Positions 8,606 through 18,251 of a stretch of 64,000 nucleotides of DNA are shown here, piece after piece (position 1 is the first letter of the stretch; every line of letters begins with the position of its first letter). The notes under the pieces are model-generated. The model saw nothing but the letters and a program-made list of their open reading frames with translations, was not told where the DNA came from and searched no databases. The stretch is taken from the NCBI GenBank assembly GCA_964547875.1, contig CAZJPE010000001.1:176703-240702 (forward strand). The letters run 5' to 3'. This stretch comes from Candidatus Woesearchaeota archaeon (GTDB taxonomy: Archaea > Nanobdellota > Nanobdellia > Pacearchaeales > GW2011-AR1). The position numbers and the translations under genes were made by a program.

Positions 8606-9133
8606 CTATATTCCTATGGAATTGTAGATATGGGATATGTAATCTCTGTCCAAAGGAGCATAATCTGATTCTGTTTGCTCAAATAACATAATATCTTCTT
8701 CCTTACAGCCCATATTGTTGAGAAGAGATGGAATCTCTCTTAATTCTACGATGTTCACTGATTCGCCTATCTCAATTGAGAATAGAGAATCCATAAAAAC
8801 ATTATATCTTTTATTTAATTTTTTAGGATAATCCTTGTTAGATAGTTTTGTTAGTATGACTAAAGGTCTTGAAAGAGCTTTAAGCAGATTCTCTAATTTA
8901 TCATTTGGCATAATATCTGTCGATATTGGATTTTCTGTTCCTATATTATCTATTTGCGATGGATGTACGTTAAATAATCTTAATAATCTAGAGAAATCCT
9001 CAAATGATTGAGAGCTTGCGAAACTGGCTTTGTCATATGTCTCCCATGCGTATCTTTGACCGCCCTCTAATAAAGGATTATAAAATCTTGTGTATCCTAC
9101 TTTTACTATTCCTTCTAAAGGCTTGTATTTCAT
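8606..9133 (-). CDS. Hypothetical protein
   Basis: 175-aa ORF with no recognisable motif. Confidence 0.5.
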   Translation of the reverse strand: MKYKPLEGIVKVGYTRFYNPLLEGGQRYAWETYDKASFASSQSFEDFSRLLRLFNVHPSQIDNIGTENPISTDIMPNDKLENLLKALSRPLVILTKLSNKDYPKKLNKRYNVFMDSLFSIEIGESVNIVELREIPSLLNNMGCKEEDIMLFEQTESDYAPLDRDYISHIYNSIGI

Positions 9134-9177
9134 TTGTTATTCTTATTAAGAGGGTTTAAAAAACTTTGTGATTGTTT

Positions 9178-9393
9178 TTATTTTGTATTATATTTCTTAT
9201 TTTCGTCCTTGCCTAATTTTAAAATAACTATTGGATAGAATATTATGGGCTCACCTTGATTATTCACTTTTTGATAAGATGAGAGATATGCCTCCTCTTC
9301 TACATAATTATTATGCTTATTTTCTTTAATGCTAAACGCACAGCTATTGAGAATTAATGGCAAAGAAATCAATAATTTCTCTAAATTTTTCAT
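9178..9393 (-). CDS. Small hypothetical protein with N-terminal signal/lipobox-like segment (LILNSC)
   Basis: 71-aa ORF. The call is weak. Confidence 0.35.
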   Translation of the reverse strand: MKNLEKLLISLPLILNSCAFSIKENKHNNYVEEEAYLSSYQKVNNQGEPIIFYPIVILKLGKDENKKYNTK

Positions 9394-9669
9394 AAATTTT
9401 ATTGATATTTAGTAGTTAAATATCTTATGAGTTTTAAGCTGTGTAGAGCACACACATTTTACACAAGTTATTTTATAAAAATTTACATACAAATCCAAAG
9501 AATTATTAAAAGTTTGTAATTTTGTTAATTATATCGACAAATATCATAATTAATCGAATCTAGAATGAACGGGGAATATGCTAATTCATCAGTTGTACAA
9601 AATGTCACTAACCCACACAATTATGTTTAAAAGCAATAGCTTTAAAAATACTAAGATTTATCACTTGAA

Positions 9670-11490
9670 GTGGACGATACGAAGCAGGATAAACACGAGA
9701 ACAAACACGAAAAGAAGACTGATTTAACTGGATATGTGAGCGGGACAGGGGGAGGCGGAAAGCCTGGCGGACTTAATCAGTCTGTGCCTAACGACAATAT
9801 TGAGAAACTTAAGAATAAGCTTGAAGCTTTAAAGAAGGCAATTTTAAAGAAATTTTCGTTTACTAAGGCTTTGGGACTGCTTCCTGCAAAGGCATTTCCA
9901 ATGTTTGAAGAGGAAGAGGTGCCTCAAGAATTCCATGAAGAGATTAAGAAAAACAAGCCCTTGCATTTGATTATGGTTATTCCTGAAGAAGAATACAAGA
10001 ATCTTGGGAAAATTAAACCAGAGGTTGTCAAGCTTGCAAAGGAGTCAGGGGAAAAATTATGGATTCATATAAAGACAGAGATTGATTTGTGGAATTATGG
10101 ATTAGATAGCAAATTTAATTTCATAGATGCTATTTCCGCAAGCATGCCTTTGCATGACAGCGGCTTCTTAGGAGCATTGAGAGTTGCTAATATTCACAAA
10201 TCTTTAGTTCTTGGGAGATTTGACAGATACATCGCGAGCTATTGCATTGGGGGAAGCTTAGTCAGAGGCACTGCTGACCCTACAAGTGATATTGACGTGT
10301 TCATTGTCATTGACGACACTGACGTGAAAAGAATGTCCCGCATTGAATTGCTAGAGAGATTAAGAGGCATAATCTATGAATATATAAAAGAAGCTACTGC
10401 ATTGGCTGGAGTTAAGAACAGATTAGAACCGCAGGTTTATTTATTGACTGATTTTTGGCAGGGCGTTAAAGACGCAAGCCCTGTTTATTTCACTTTTATA
10501 AGAGACGGTGTTCCTTTATACGACAGAGGTACATTCCTGCCATGGAAAAGGTTACTTTTAATGGGAAGGATAAAACCAAGTCCAGAAGCTATTGATCAAT
10601 ACATGAAAGAGGGCGAGAGGACAGAGGAATTTGTCAAAAGGCGTTTAATAGACACTATGATTGACATTTATTACGGGGTTGTTACTCCAACGCAAGCTTT
10701 GATGATGCTTGCAGGACATTCACCGCCTGTTCCGAAAACAATAGTTGCAGAAGTTAAGGATGTATTAGTTAACAAAGAAAAAGTTATGAATTCTGAAGAG
10801 TTAAAGACATTAGAGAAAGCAGTCAAATACTTCAAAGATTATGAGCATGGCAAACTAAAAGAGATATCAGGGAAGGAGATTGACGAATTGCAGAAAGAGG
10901 CTGATGCTTATAGGAAGAAATTAAAGGCTATAAGAGAAAAATTAGAAATGAAAATGCAAGAGCATATGGTTGAAAAGCTGCATTCTGAAATGGAGAAGCT
11001 TCTTAAGAATATATTCGGCAATAAAAGCCAGGATGCCCTGATTGATAATCTGGATAATGAATTAGTAAAAAAGGGTAAATTGCAGCCAAGAATGTTTGAT
11101 ATTGCAAAAGAGATTCTAAAAATTAAAGTCAAAGTCAAAAACAAGAAATTAACGCAGACTGAATTGCAGAGAATTGGTAGGGATGCTAATGATTTGATCA
11201 GTGCCTTAGTTGAATACTTGCAGAGAAAAGAGCTTGTTTCTGCGCAGAAGGGAGTTGTGCAGATTGCTTACAGCGGGAAGAAAGGAGAGCTTGTGCTAAC
11301 AGATTCCGGGGTTTTTTTCGTTTCTGAAGGCAAAGTGCAGAAGGTTGAAAAAAAAGGCTTTGAAAACAGCGACAAGAAAGAATTGGAAGAGGCTTTGAGC
11401 AAGACGAGAGATAAATTGCAATTCAAATTAGACTCTGATATCCTAAATGTCTTGAAGAAAGAGCTTGGGAATTTTGAGATGGTACTATAA
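9670..11490 (+). CDS. Large Pol-beta-fold nucleotidyltransferase fused to helical HEPN-like region and long coiled-coil tail
   Basis: GGSLVRGTADPTSDIDVFIVIDD NTase motif. The downstream segment is paralogous to 18462-19370. GTG start, with TATA-like agctttaaaaata about 25 nt upstream. Confidence 0.7.
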   Translation: MDDTKQDKHENKHEKKTDLTGYVSGTGGGGKPGGLNQSVPNDNIEKLKNKLEALKKAILKKFSFTKALGLLPAKAFPMFEEEEVPQEFHEEIKKNKPLHLIMVIPEEEYKNLGKIKPEVVKLAKESGEKLWIHIKTEIDLWNYGLDSKFNFIDAISASMPLHDSGFLGALRVANIHKSLVLGRFDRYIASYCIGGSLVRGTADPTSDIDVFIVIDDTDVKRMSRIELLERLRGIIYEYIKEATALAGVKNRLEPQVYLLTDFWQGVKDASPVYFTFIRDGVPLYDRGTFLPWKRLLLMGRIKPSPEAIDQYMKEGERTEEFVKRRLIDTMIDIYYGVVTPTQALMMLAGHSPPVPKTIVAEVKDVLVNKEKVMNSEELKTLEKAVKYFKDYEHGKLKEISGKEIDELQKEADAYRKKLKAIREKLEMKMQEHMVEKLHSEMEKLLKNIFGNKSQDALIDNLDNELVKKGKLQPRMFDIAKEILKIKVKVKNKKLTQTELQRIGRDANDLISALVEYLQRKELVSAQKGVVQIAYSGKKGELVLTDSGVFFVSEGKVQKVEKKGFENSDKKELEEALSKTRDKLQFKLDSDILNVLKKELGNFEMVL

Positions 11491-11538
11491 ATTGATATTT
11501 CTCGGAAGTTTTAAAAAGCTATAATCTCTCTCAGAGAA

Positions 11539-11826
11539 ATGAAAGGCATAGTTGTACAATTCAGGCGTGGTAGGCACACAATTCATGAAAAGCACTTTTT
11601 GTTGGATTTGGGTTTTTCTAGCAGGGAAGAGGCAAGAAAACTCGCGGGAAAAGAAGTTATTTGGAGAAGTCCTTCAGGAAAAACTATTAAAGGAAAGATT
11701 AGCGATGCACACGGAAATAAAGGCCTTGTCAGAGCTATTTTTGAAAAGGGTTTGCCTGGACAGGCAATTACTACAGAGATTGAAATCGCAGATATTGATA
11801 TCAATAAGAAGGAAGGCAAAAAATGA
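11539..11826 (+). CDS. rpl35ae: Ribosomal protein L35Ae (eL33)
   Basis: SREEARKLAGKEVIWRSPSGKTIKGKISDAHGNKGLVRAIFEKGLPGQA matches archaeal L35Ae. Confidence 0.9.
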   Translation: MKGIVVQFRRGRHTIHEKHFLLDLGFSSREEARKLAGKEVIWRSPSGKTIKGKISDAHGNKGLVRAIFEKGLPGQAITTEIEIADIDINKKEGKK

Positions 11827-12137
11827 ATGTAAGAATTGACAGGGAAAGAGAATTATTTTTTGATTTAGAGATATTTGAAAAAGACTCTAATGGGAAAACT
11901 AGAAAGAAAATTAGGGAATTGAATAGGGGAGAGGAATATGATTGGGTTGTGACATATCCTGGAGAATCGGCTGAAGATGGTACTAATTTATTCTTTAAAA
12001 CTCCAGCGCAAGCTTTTAATTATCTCTCCCGCATTAGACCAGAGATTATAAAGCCTAAAAATAGAGAAGATTTTGAGATTTATGTTACTAATAAGAAAAA
12101 TTTTAGGATAATGCATAGGAGGAAAACATGGGAATAA
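11823..12137 (+). CDS. Hypothetical protein
   Basis: 104 aa, with ATGA overlap onto the L35Ae stop. Confidence 0.5.
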   Translation: MNVRIDRERELFFDLEIFEKDSNGKTRKKIRELNRGEEYDWVVTYPGESAEDGTNLFFKTPAQAFNYLSRIRPEIIKPKNREDFEIYVTNKKNFRIMHRRKTWE

Positions 12138-12240
12138 GCAGAGGAATCGGAATTAGTATAGATTTAAGAGTTAATGTAAAAAGAGAACGGAACGGAGAAA
12201 GAATGATATTAAAAAGGAAATCAGGAGGAATCTAGAAATA

Positions 12241-12783
12241 ATGGCGTTAAGAAAAGCCGTAGCATATTCAAAGAAGAGGGTAAGGCCATACACTAGAAAG
12301 TCCAAGACTAGAAAAAAGGCATACATCAAAACAGTGCCTCAGATGAAGATTGTGAAATTTGCGATAGGAAATTCTAAAGCTTCTAAAGGAGGGGGGCATC
12401 CTTATGTTGTCAGGCTTATAGCTGACGAGAGCGTTCAGGTAAGAGATAATGCGCTTGAGGCATGCAGGATGTTTATAACAAAAGTTCTTGATACTAATGC
12501 GCCTAATCAATATTATTTTGCTATAAAAGTATATCCACACCATATACTAAGGGAGAATAAGACTGCTGCAGGAGCTGGGGCAGACAGGCTTTCAAGCGGA
12601 ATGAAGCATTCTTTTGGAATCACTATAGGAAGAGCTGCAATTGTGAATGCGGGAAAGGAAATATTTTATATTTCATGCGAGAACGAGAAAACAGCGAGAA
12701 TTGCCAGAGATGCCTTGACAGATGTTAAAGCTAAATTGCCATGCAGATGCAAAATTGTTTTTGAAAAATTAGCTATTCATTAA
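12241..12783 (+). CDS. rpl10e: Ribosomal protein L10e (uL16)
   Basis: MALRKAVAYSKKRVRPYTRKSK...KIVKFAIGN. GGAGG lies upstream of the ATG. Confidence 0.92.
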   Translation: MALRKAVAYSKKRVRPYTRKSKTRKKAYIKTVPQMKIVKFAIGNSKASKGGGHPYVVRLIADESVQVRDNALEACRMFITKVLDTNAPNQYYFAIKVYPHHILRENKTAAGAGADRLSSGMKHSFGITIGRAAIVNAGKEIFYISCENEKTARIARDALTDVKAKLPCRCKIVFEKLAIH

Positions 12784-13131
12784 TCTCGATTCAATATTTT
12801 AAGAAATATAACAGGGCTAACTATTTTTATTTTATTAAATTCTTTTAGCTTCAATAAATGCTCGTCTCCCGTGAGTATATAATCTGCATTGCTTTCTACT
12901 GCGACCTCTAATATTTTATTGTCTTTAGGATCTTCCAAAATAATATTGAATTTTTGTTCTGGGTTTACTAATTCGCTAAATTACTTCAATAAATTCTGTT
13001 AATAAAGAACTACTTAAAATAAAAATAATCTTGTCATTTAAAAATTTATGAAAAATTTCTCTTGGCTTTCCTGTTTTTATAAAGGCTGAAATTAAAACAT
13101 TAGTGTCTGGCACGATTCTTGGCTTTTTCAT
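12780..13131 (-). pseudogene. PIN_3-type VapC toxin disrupted by a 1-nt frameshift in a T3 run
   Basis: Hand translation. Frame 1 gives MKKPRIVPDTNVLISAFIKTGKPREIFHKFLNDKIIFILSSSLLTEFIEVI then a stop at 12978-12976. The +1 frame continues FSELVNPEQKFNIILEDPKDNKILEVAVESNADYILTGDEHLLKLKEFNKIKIVSPVIFLKILNRD. Neither piece is in the ORF track. Confidence 0.6.
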
Positions 13132-13381
13132 TTCTTACCGCCCTTATCTCTTCTTGTATATCCTCCTCTGTAATGTCTTTCTCTTCAAATTTTTTAGCCA
13201 TATAATCCATCAATTCCAGCAATTTTCTCTTTGCTCTTTCTTTAAAGACCTTTTTTAGAATAATCTGTCCTTTATCGCTTATTATTAATACCTTGTCTTG
13301 CTCTGCTAAGCCTACTTCTTCTCTTACTCTCTTTGGGATTACTATCTGTCCTTTAGTTGAAATAGTGGCTATATCTATCAT
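13100..13381 (-). CDS. AbrB/SpoVT-family antitoxin (VapB-like)
   Basis: MIDIATISTKGQIVIPKRVREEVGL is a looped-hinge-helix motif. Confidence 0.8.
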   Translation of the reverse strand: MIDIATISTKGQIVIPKRVREEVGLAEQDKVLIISDKGQIILKKVFKERAKRKLLELMDYMAKKFEEKDITEEDIQEEIRAVRNEKAKNRARH

Positions 13382-13382
13382 C

Positions 13383-13420
13383 TAAAAGTAAGACAAGACT
13401 TACTTTTAAATCTTTACATT
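13383..13420 (-). promoter_or_regulatory. Promoter motif overlapped by 10-bp inverted repeat TAAAAGTAAG-N6-CTTACTTTTA (candidate antitoxin operator)
   Basis: Arms at 13383-13392 and 13399-13408. The minus strand reads gtaaagatttaaaagtaag, about 25 nt upstream of the ATG at 13381. Confidence 0.5.
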
Positions 13421-13453
13421 ATATTAATAATTATTATATAATGGTAACAAAGG

Positions 13454-13467
13454 AGAGATTTAAATAG
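13454..13467 (+). promoter_or_regulatory. Consensus promoter motif agagatttaaatag
   Basis: ATG at 13488 lies about 25 nt downstream. This supports a plus-strand gene here. Confidence 0.45.
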
Positions 13468-13487
13468 TTAGAATTTTGTAAATTATT

Positions 13488-13779
13488 ATGGAAAACAGAA
13501 TACTAGAAAGATATTTAGGGCATATTGTCCATATAGAACCAAATCATACAAGTAATAAGTAGCAATGATTATATAGGAAGAGTTAAAGCGGTAGATAATA
13601 CTTTTATTATGCTTGGGCCATATGCCATATACAAACGATCTGATATTAATGCAGAAAGAATGAAGATAGAAGGTATTAGAGAATTTGAGAGTGGAAATTT
13701 TAGGTCGGATACAGGTATTAAAGCGGAAATTACACTTCATAAAGATTTAATAGCAACAATAAAAACTCTTGGGGAATAA
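13488..13779 (+). pseudogene. Small plus-strand gene (about 96 aa if repaired) interrupted by a +1 frameshift
   Basis: MENRILERYLGHIVHIEPNHTSNK then stop. The +1 frame continues NQIIQVISSNDYIGRVKAVDNTFIMLGPYAIYKRSDINAERMKIEGIREFESGNFRSDTGIKAEITLHKDLIATIKTLGE. The promoter is at the correct distance. Confidence 0.4.
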
Positions 13780-13836
13780 AAAAATCTATTTTTCGCAATC
13801 AACAATATTTATTAACTCGTTTCTTCTATTTTATTA

Positions 13837-16530
13837 ATGAAAGAAAAAAAGAGCGATTCGCATAATTTTGTAAAATGGTTTTCTGAATTGAGCAACAAAA
13901 ACGTTGCAATTGCTGGCGGAAAAGGGGCAAGCTTGGCAGAGATGTATAACAATAAATTTCCTGTGCCGCCCGGCTTTATTGTGACTGCACAAGCTTATCA
14001 GCATCTTATTGAAAAATCTGGATTGAAAGAAAAGATTAACTATGTTTTGGATAATTTAGATATTGAAGATACAGAAAGCTTGAATAAAGCCGCTAAAAAA
14101 GTAAGAGACATGATAGAAAATGCAGAGATGCCGAAAGACATGGGCGATGAAATTATTGAAGCATACGAGATTCTTGACATTGATAGAGAGCATATTGCTA
14201 AAGCTGGAAGCAAGGCTATGGACATATTAAAAACAAGCCATGAAATGCCATTTGTTGCAGTTCGCTCAAGCGCAACAACTGAAGACTTGGCTGAAGCAAG
14301 TTTTGCAGGACAGCAGGAAACTTTTCTGAATGTAAAGGGAAACAGGCAGCTATTATTAAAAGTGAAGGAATGTTTTGCGTCCTTGTTTACTGCAAGAGCT
14401 GTTTATTACAGGCAGAAAAAAGGCTTTAAGCATGATAAATCCTATCTCGCTGTTGTTGTGCAGAGAATGATTGACTCTGAAAAATCAGGCGTTATTTTCT
14501 CTAAAAATCCAGTTAAAAATGACAATAATATCATGATAGAGGCTGTTTGGGGATTAGGTGAGGGTATTGTTTCAGGGAGAATAAAACCAGATCATTATGT
14601 TGTTGATTCTAATTTGGCTAATTTTAACTTTGTTAAATGTAATGTAGTTGAAAAAGACATTGCAATTGTCCGTGACTCAAGTGGAGAGAATAAGATTGTT
14701 AAATTGACTAAGGAGAGAAGCAGGCAACAAGTTCTAAATAATTACGAGATAAAAAGACTTGCGCAATATGCATTAAAACTTGAAGAGCATTATGGCAAGC
14801 CGCAAGATATTGAATTTGCAATTGAAGGTAATGAGATTTATATTGTGCAATCAAGGCCGATAACTACAAAAGCTAGAGAAGGAAAAGAAGGAGAGATAGA
14901 AGGAAAAGTGCTGCTTTCTGGACTAGGAGCAAGCCCGGGAGTTGCTTCTGGTACTGTAAAAATAGTGCATAAGATGGAGGAATTGAGCAAGATAAAGAAA
15001 GGTGATGTTCTTGTGACAAAGATGACAAATCCAGACATGGTTGTTACAATGCAAAAATCTGCAGCTATTGTCACTGACGAAGGAGGAATTACGTCTCACG
15101 CAAGCATAGTGAGCAGAGAAATGGGAATTCCAGCTGTTGTTGGAACTAATGAAGCTACTACAAAATTGAAAGATGGAGAAATTGTTACAGTTGATGGGAA
15201 TAGCGGAAGAGTTTTTGAGGGCAAAGCAGAAACAAAATTAGCAGAAGTAAAAGAGATAGTGCCTACAAAGACTAAAATCAAGGTTATTGTTGATTTGCCT
15301 GATTTTGCAGAAAGGGCTGCAAAGTCAGGGGCAAAAGAAGTTGGATTAGTAAGACTAGAAGGAATTATCGCTAGTTCTGGAAAGCATCCGATAAAATATG
15401 TCAAAGACAAGAAAATTGGAGAATATACCTCTGTTTTAGTTTCAGGATTAAAAAAAATTGCAGAGCCTTTTGATGAGATATGGATAAGAAGCTCTGATAT
15501 AAGGAGTGACGAATTCAGGCATTTAGAAGGGGCGCCTAAAGAGATTGAAGGAAATCCCATGCTTGGGGATCACGGCATAAGATTCAGCTTGAAGCATCTG
15601 GACATAATGAAGGCTGAATTGGCTGCTATAAAAGAGATAGCTAAAAACTTCCCTCAAAAGAAAATAGGACTAATGGCTCCTCAAATTATCAGCGTTGATG
15701 AAGTCAGAAAAATGAAAGAACTTGCAGCTAATATTGAAATGGCTGATAATGTAAAAATAGGAATAATGGTGGAAACTCCTGCAGCAGTTGAGATTATTGA
15801 AGATTTATGCAAGGAAGACATTGATTTTATCAGTTTTGGAAGCAATGATTTGACGCAATACATACTTGCAATTGATAGAAATAATGCAGAAGTGCAGCAT
15901 CTATATGACGAAACAAATCCTGCTGTTTTAAATGCAATTGCACACGTTATTAAAGTGTGTAGAAAATATGATGTAGAAACAAGCATCTGCGGACAGGCAG
16001 GAAGCAGAGAGGACATGGTTAGATTTTTGCTTTCGCAAGGAATTGACAGCATTTCTGTTAACGCAGACGCTGCTTATAAAATCAGCAAATTGGTTGCTGA
16101 AGTTGAGAGTTCAAGAGAAGATAATGTTTTAGACAAGGATTCTTATGACAAAGAAAAAGAAGTGCAGGACGAGAGCCAACTAGAGACAGGACAGGAGATT
16201 ATGATTCCGATGATGGAAGCTACTCCTGTTAAAGAAGATACAAATAAGGATGTTGAAGAGCTTGCACTGGATGAATTGGAAGATGATTATGTGCCTGGGA
16301 ATGCTGACAATAAAGAAGACATACCAAAATTGAATGAAGCTATTAGTGTTGAATTGCCTATTGAATCTGAAAATGCTGAATTTGAGCAGATTGAAGAAAA
16401 AAATGAAGAGAAGCGTGAGGAAAATAAAGACGAGGGAAAAGTTGAGCAAAGAGAAGAACAGCATTTGGATAAAGATGATAAGTTAAGTGAGGAATGGAAG
16501 GGCGAGAGGCATGACGAGAAACCGGCATAA
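13837..16530 (+). CDS. ppsA: Phosphoenolpyruvate synthase (pyruvate, water dikinase) with acidic C-terminal extension
   Basis: N-terminal ATP-grasp (IAGGKGASLAEM, FPVPPGF), phosphohistidine loop GGITSHASIVSREMGIPAVVG, and a PEP-utilising TIM barrel. The last 130 aa or so are D/E/K-rich. Confidence 0.92.
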   Translation: MKEKKSDSHNFVKWFSELSNKNVAIAGGKGASLAEMYNNKFPVPPGFIVTAQAYQHLIEKSGLKEKINYVLDNLDIEDTESLNKAAKKVRDMIENAEMPKDMGDEIIEAYEILDIDREHIAKAGSKAMDILKTSHEMPFVAVRSSATTEDLAEASFAGQQETFLNVKGNRQLLLKVKECFASLFTARAVYYRQKKGFKHDKSYLAVVVQRMIDSEKSGVIFSKNPVKNDNNIMIEAVWGLGEGIVSGRIKPDHYVVDSNLANFNFVKCNVVEKDIAIVRDSSGENKIVKLTKERSRQQVLNNYEIKRLAQYALKLEEHYGKPQDIEFAIEGNEIYIVQSRPITTKAREGKEGEIEGKVLLSGLGASPGVASGTVKIVHKMEELSKIKKGDVLVTKMTNPDMVVTMQKSAAIVTDEGGITSHASIVSREMGIPAVVGTNEATTKLKDGEIVTVDGNSGRVFEGKAETKLAEVKEIVPTKTKIKVIVDLPDFAERAAKSGAKEVGLVRLEGIIASSGKHPIKYVKDKKIGEYTSVLVSGLKKIAEPFDEIWIRSSDIRSDEFRHLEGAPKEIEGNPMLGDHGIRFSLKHLDIMKAELAAIKEIAKNFPQKKIGLMAPQIISVDEVRKMKELAANIEMADNVKIGIMVETPAAVEIIEDLCKEDIDFISFGSNDLTQYILAIDRNNAEVQHLYDETNPAVLNAIAHVIKVCRKYDVETSICGQAGSREDMVRFLLSQGIDSISVNADAAYKISKLVAEVESSREDNVLDKDSYDKEKEVQDESQLETGQEIMIPMMEATPVKEDTNKDVEELALDELEDDYVPGNADNKEDIPKLNEAISVELPIESENAEFEQIEEKNEEKREENKDEGKVEQREEQHLDKDDKLSEEWKGERHDEKPA

Positions 16531-16533
16531 TTT

Positions 16534-17181
16534 TTAGCCTTTTTTTAGAACAGCTTCTAACTTATTATTTTGATATTCAATTTGTTGAACTGCTGGCTGA
16601 ATAACAGGCTCTTTATTTGGTGTTAAGTTATATATCAAACCCATCAAACCAAGAGAGGATGCTACTAAACCTGCAGCAATTGCTTTCTTTAGCCTTGGGC
16701 TTCTTTTTTTTAAGAATTTTGGAACTCTTTGAGATTCTCGCAATCCTGTTAAATCACGAGAAGTATCAATAGAATATCCTCCAATAACGCCCATTGGAAG
16801 TGCCATAACCATGCCTCCAAGTGTGCCCAATGCAATTTCCTTCCAGTTTTGCGCTCCGGATATTAAATACAGAATAGGACATGTTAAACCATTAAAGGCA
16901 GAAGTGTAAAGTGCATCATGAATTTTCTGAATCTTTTCCCTAGTTTTATCTGTAATATGAAAAATTTCTCTGGATAAATCCCTTCCTTTAACATATAACA
17001 AAGCAATGCCTGCATAAGACATCCATGCGACATTAAGTCTTGCATTTATTGAAGTTTCATCTGTCATTCCATAGGCTATTTTTTCTAGAATAGAGTAAAA
17101 AGGATTTGTAGAAACCAATAGTGCCGTGGTATCTACTATGTGATATTTGCCCCACTCTTTTAATTTCCTTAAATTAGTCAT
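16534..17181 (-). CDS. Membrane protein, AlaE-like (tentative)
   Basis: HIVDTTALLVSTNPFYSILEKIAYGMTDETSINARL resembles the L-alanine exporter family. The assignment is weak. Confidence 0.45.
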   Translation of the reverse strand: MTNLRKLKEWGKYHIVDTTALLVSTNPFYSILEKIAYGMTDETSINARLNVAWMSYAGIALLYVKGRDLSREIFHITDKTREKIQKIHDALYTSAFNGLTCPILYLISGAQNWKEIALGTLGGMVMALPMGVIGGYSIDTSRDLTGLRESQRVPKFLKKRSPRLKKAIAAGLVASSLGLMGLIYNLTPNKEPVIQPAVQQIEYQNNKLEAVLKKG

Positions 17182-17250
17182 TTTCCATAGAGAGAAATAG
17201 CATTTATATACCTTTTCATATTGTTACTTCTATATAGTTATCACAAATAG

Positions 17251-17264
17251 AAAGATTTAAATAG
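17251..17264 (+). promoter_or_regulatory. Consensus promoter motif aaagatttaaatag
   Basis: ATG at 17285 lies about 25 nt downstream. Confidence 0.5.
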
Positions 17265-17284
17265 CTCTTTTTATTAGGTTTTTC

Positions 17285-18163
17285 ATGGTAGAAAGGGATT
17301 ACAAAAAAGAATTTGTAAGATATACGAAGCAGTTGGAAGAGCTGCAAAAACTTAGCAAGGAAGACAGCCGTCCGGATAAAAGGGACAAGAAAGAAAAGAG
17401 ATTGAGAGAGCTTGCTTATAACGGATTGATGCTGGTTAAGGACGATTTAAAGGCAGGGGGATATGATACTTCTAAATTAACTCCAGAAGATGTGAAGAAA
17501 GACAAAGAGCTTTATGAAATTGGAATAAATGCAATCCAGAGAATTACAGATGAAAGTTCTGCAAAGATACTTGAAAAAAATCTTGAAAACATATTAGCAG
17601 ACGCTCCAAGGGGCTCTTTGGAAGAGCTAGTATTGCAAAAGCCATTTGTTGAAAATGCAGATGAAAAATTAGTTGAGGAATATAAAGATGTTCTTGGCTT
17701 GTATCAAAATTACTTTAGAATCAGAGAGATTATTGAGAAATATAAGAATGGCGAGAAGCTTGACCCTGAAAAAGAAGAGCCTATTTTGTATGGGGCGATT
17801 GCTAGTGAAGCTGCTCAAAGAATAAAGAAAAGGCTAAAGAAAGAGGGCTTTAGTGAAGACATGCAGAGAATAGGAGAGAGCATTGCTGTATTGACTGCAA
17901 AATACATTGAAAGAGAAGCTATCTTAAAAAATGCTGATAAGATATTAAAGAAGGCAGAAGAGGAGTATAGGAAATATGAGGCAAATAAAGGCAAGAAAAT
18001 TATAGATTATGCTACAAAGTGCCTTAGCAAGCTAGCAAAAGACGAAAATCCTGAAAAATTCAATCTGGCAAGAAATCTTGTTTATCATATTGCGAAAGAG
18101 TCTGAGAACAGAGGAGAGAATAGAATCAAACAATATCCTACTATGACGAGAGAAGCTGCTTAA
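17285..18163 (+). CDS. Hypothetical charged/coiled-coil protein
   Basis: 292-aa ORF, K/E-rich, with a consensus promoter. Confidence 0.55.
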   Translation: MVERDYKKEFVRYTKQLEELQKLSKEDSRPDKRDKKEKRLRELAYNGLMLVKDDLKAGGYDTSKLTPEDVKKDKELYEIGINAIQRITDESSAKILEKNLENILADAPRGSLEELVLQKPFVENADEKLVEEYKDVLGLYQNYFRIREIIEKYKNGEKLDPEKEEPILYGAIASEAAQRIKKRLKKEGFSEDMQRIGESIAVLTAKYIEREAILKNADKILKKAEEEYRKYEANKGKKIIDYATKCLSKLAKDENPEKFNLARNLVYHIAKESENRGENRIKQYPTMTREAA

Positions 18164-18197
18164 ATTCTGCTTTCTCATAACAAAAAGGAAAAGAGAT

Positions 18198-18251
18198 GTT
18201 ACAAATAACATATTATGCGTTATTAATAACATAAAATATGTTACTGATAAC
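18198..18251. promoter_or_regulatory. Three GTTA-N4-TAAC palindromes phased exactly 21 bp apart
   Basis: gttacaaataac (18198-18209), gttattaataac (18219-18230, perfect 12-bp palindrome), gttactgataac (18240-18251). Confidence 0.5.

Noticed and set aside
13486-13740. 84-aa minus-strand track ORF
   Set aside because: The composition is low-complexity and implausible. The opposite strand has a consensus promoter at the correct distance and a better coding pattern (frameshifted small gene 13488-13779).
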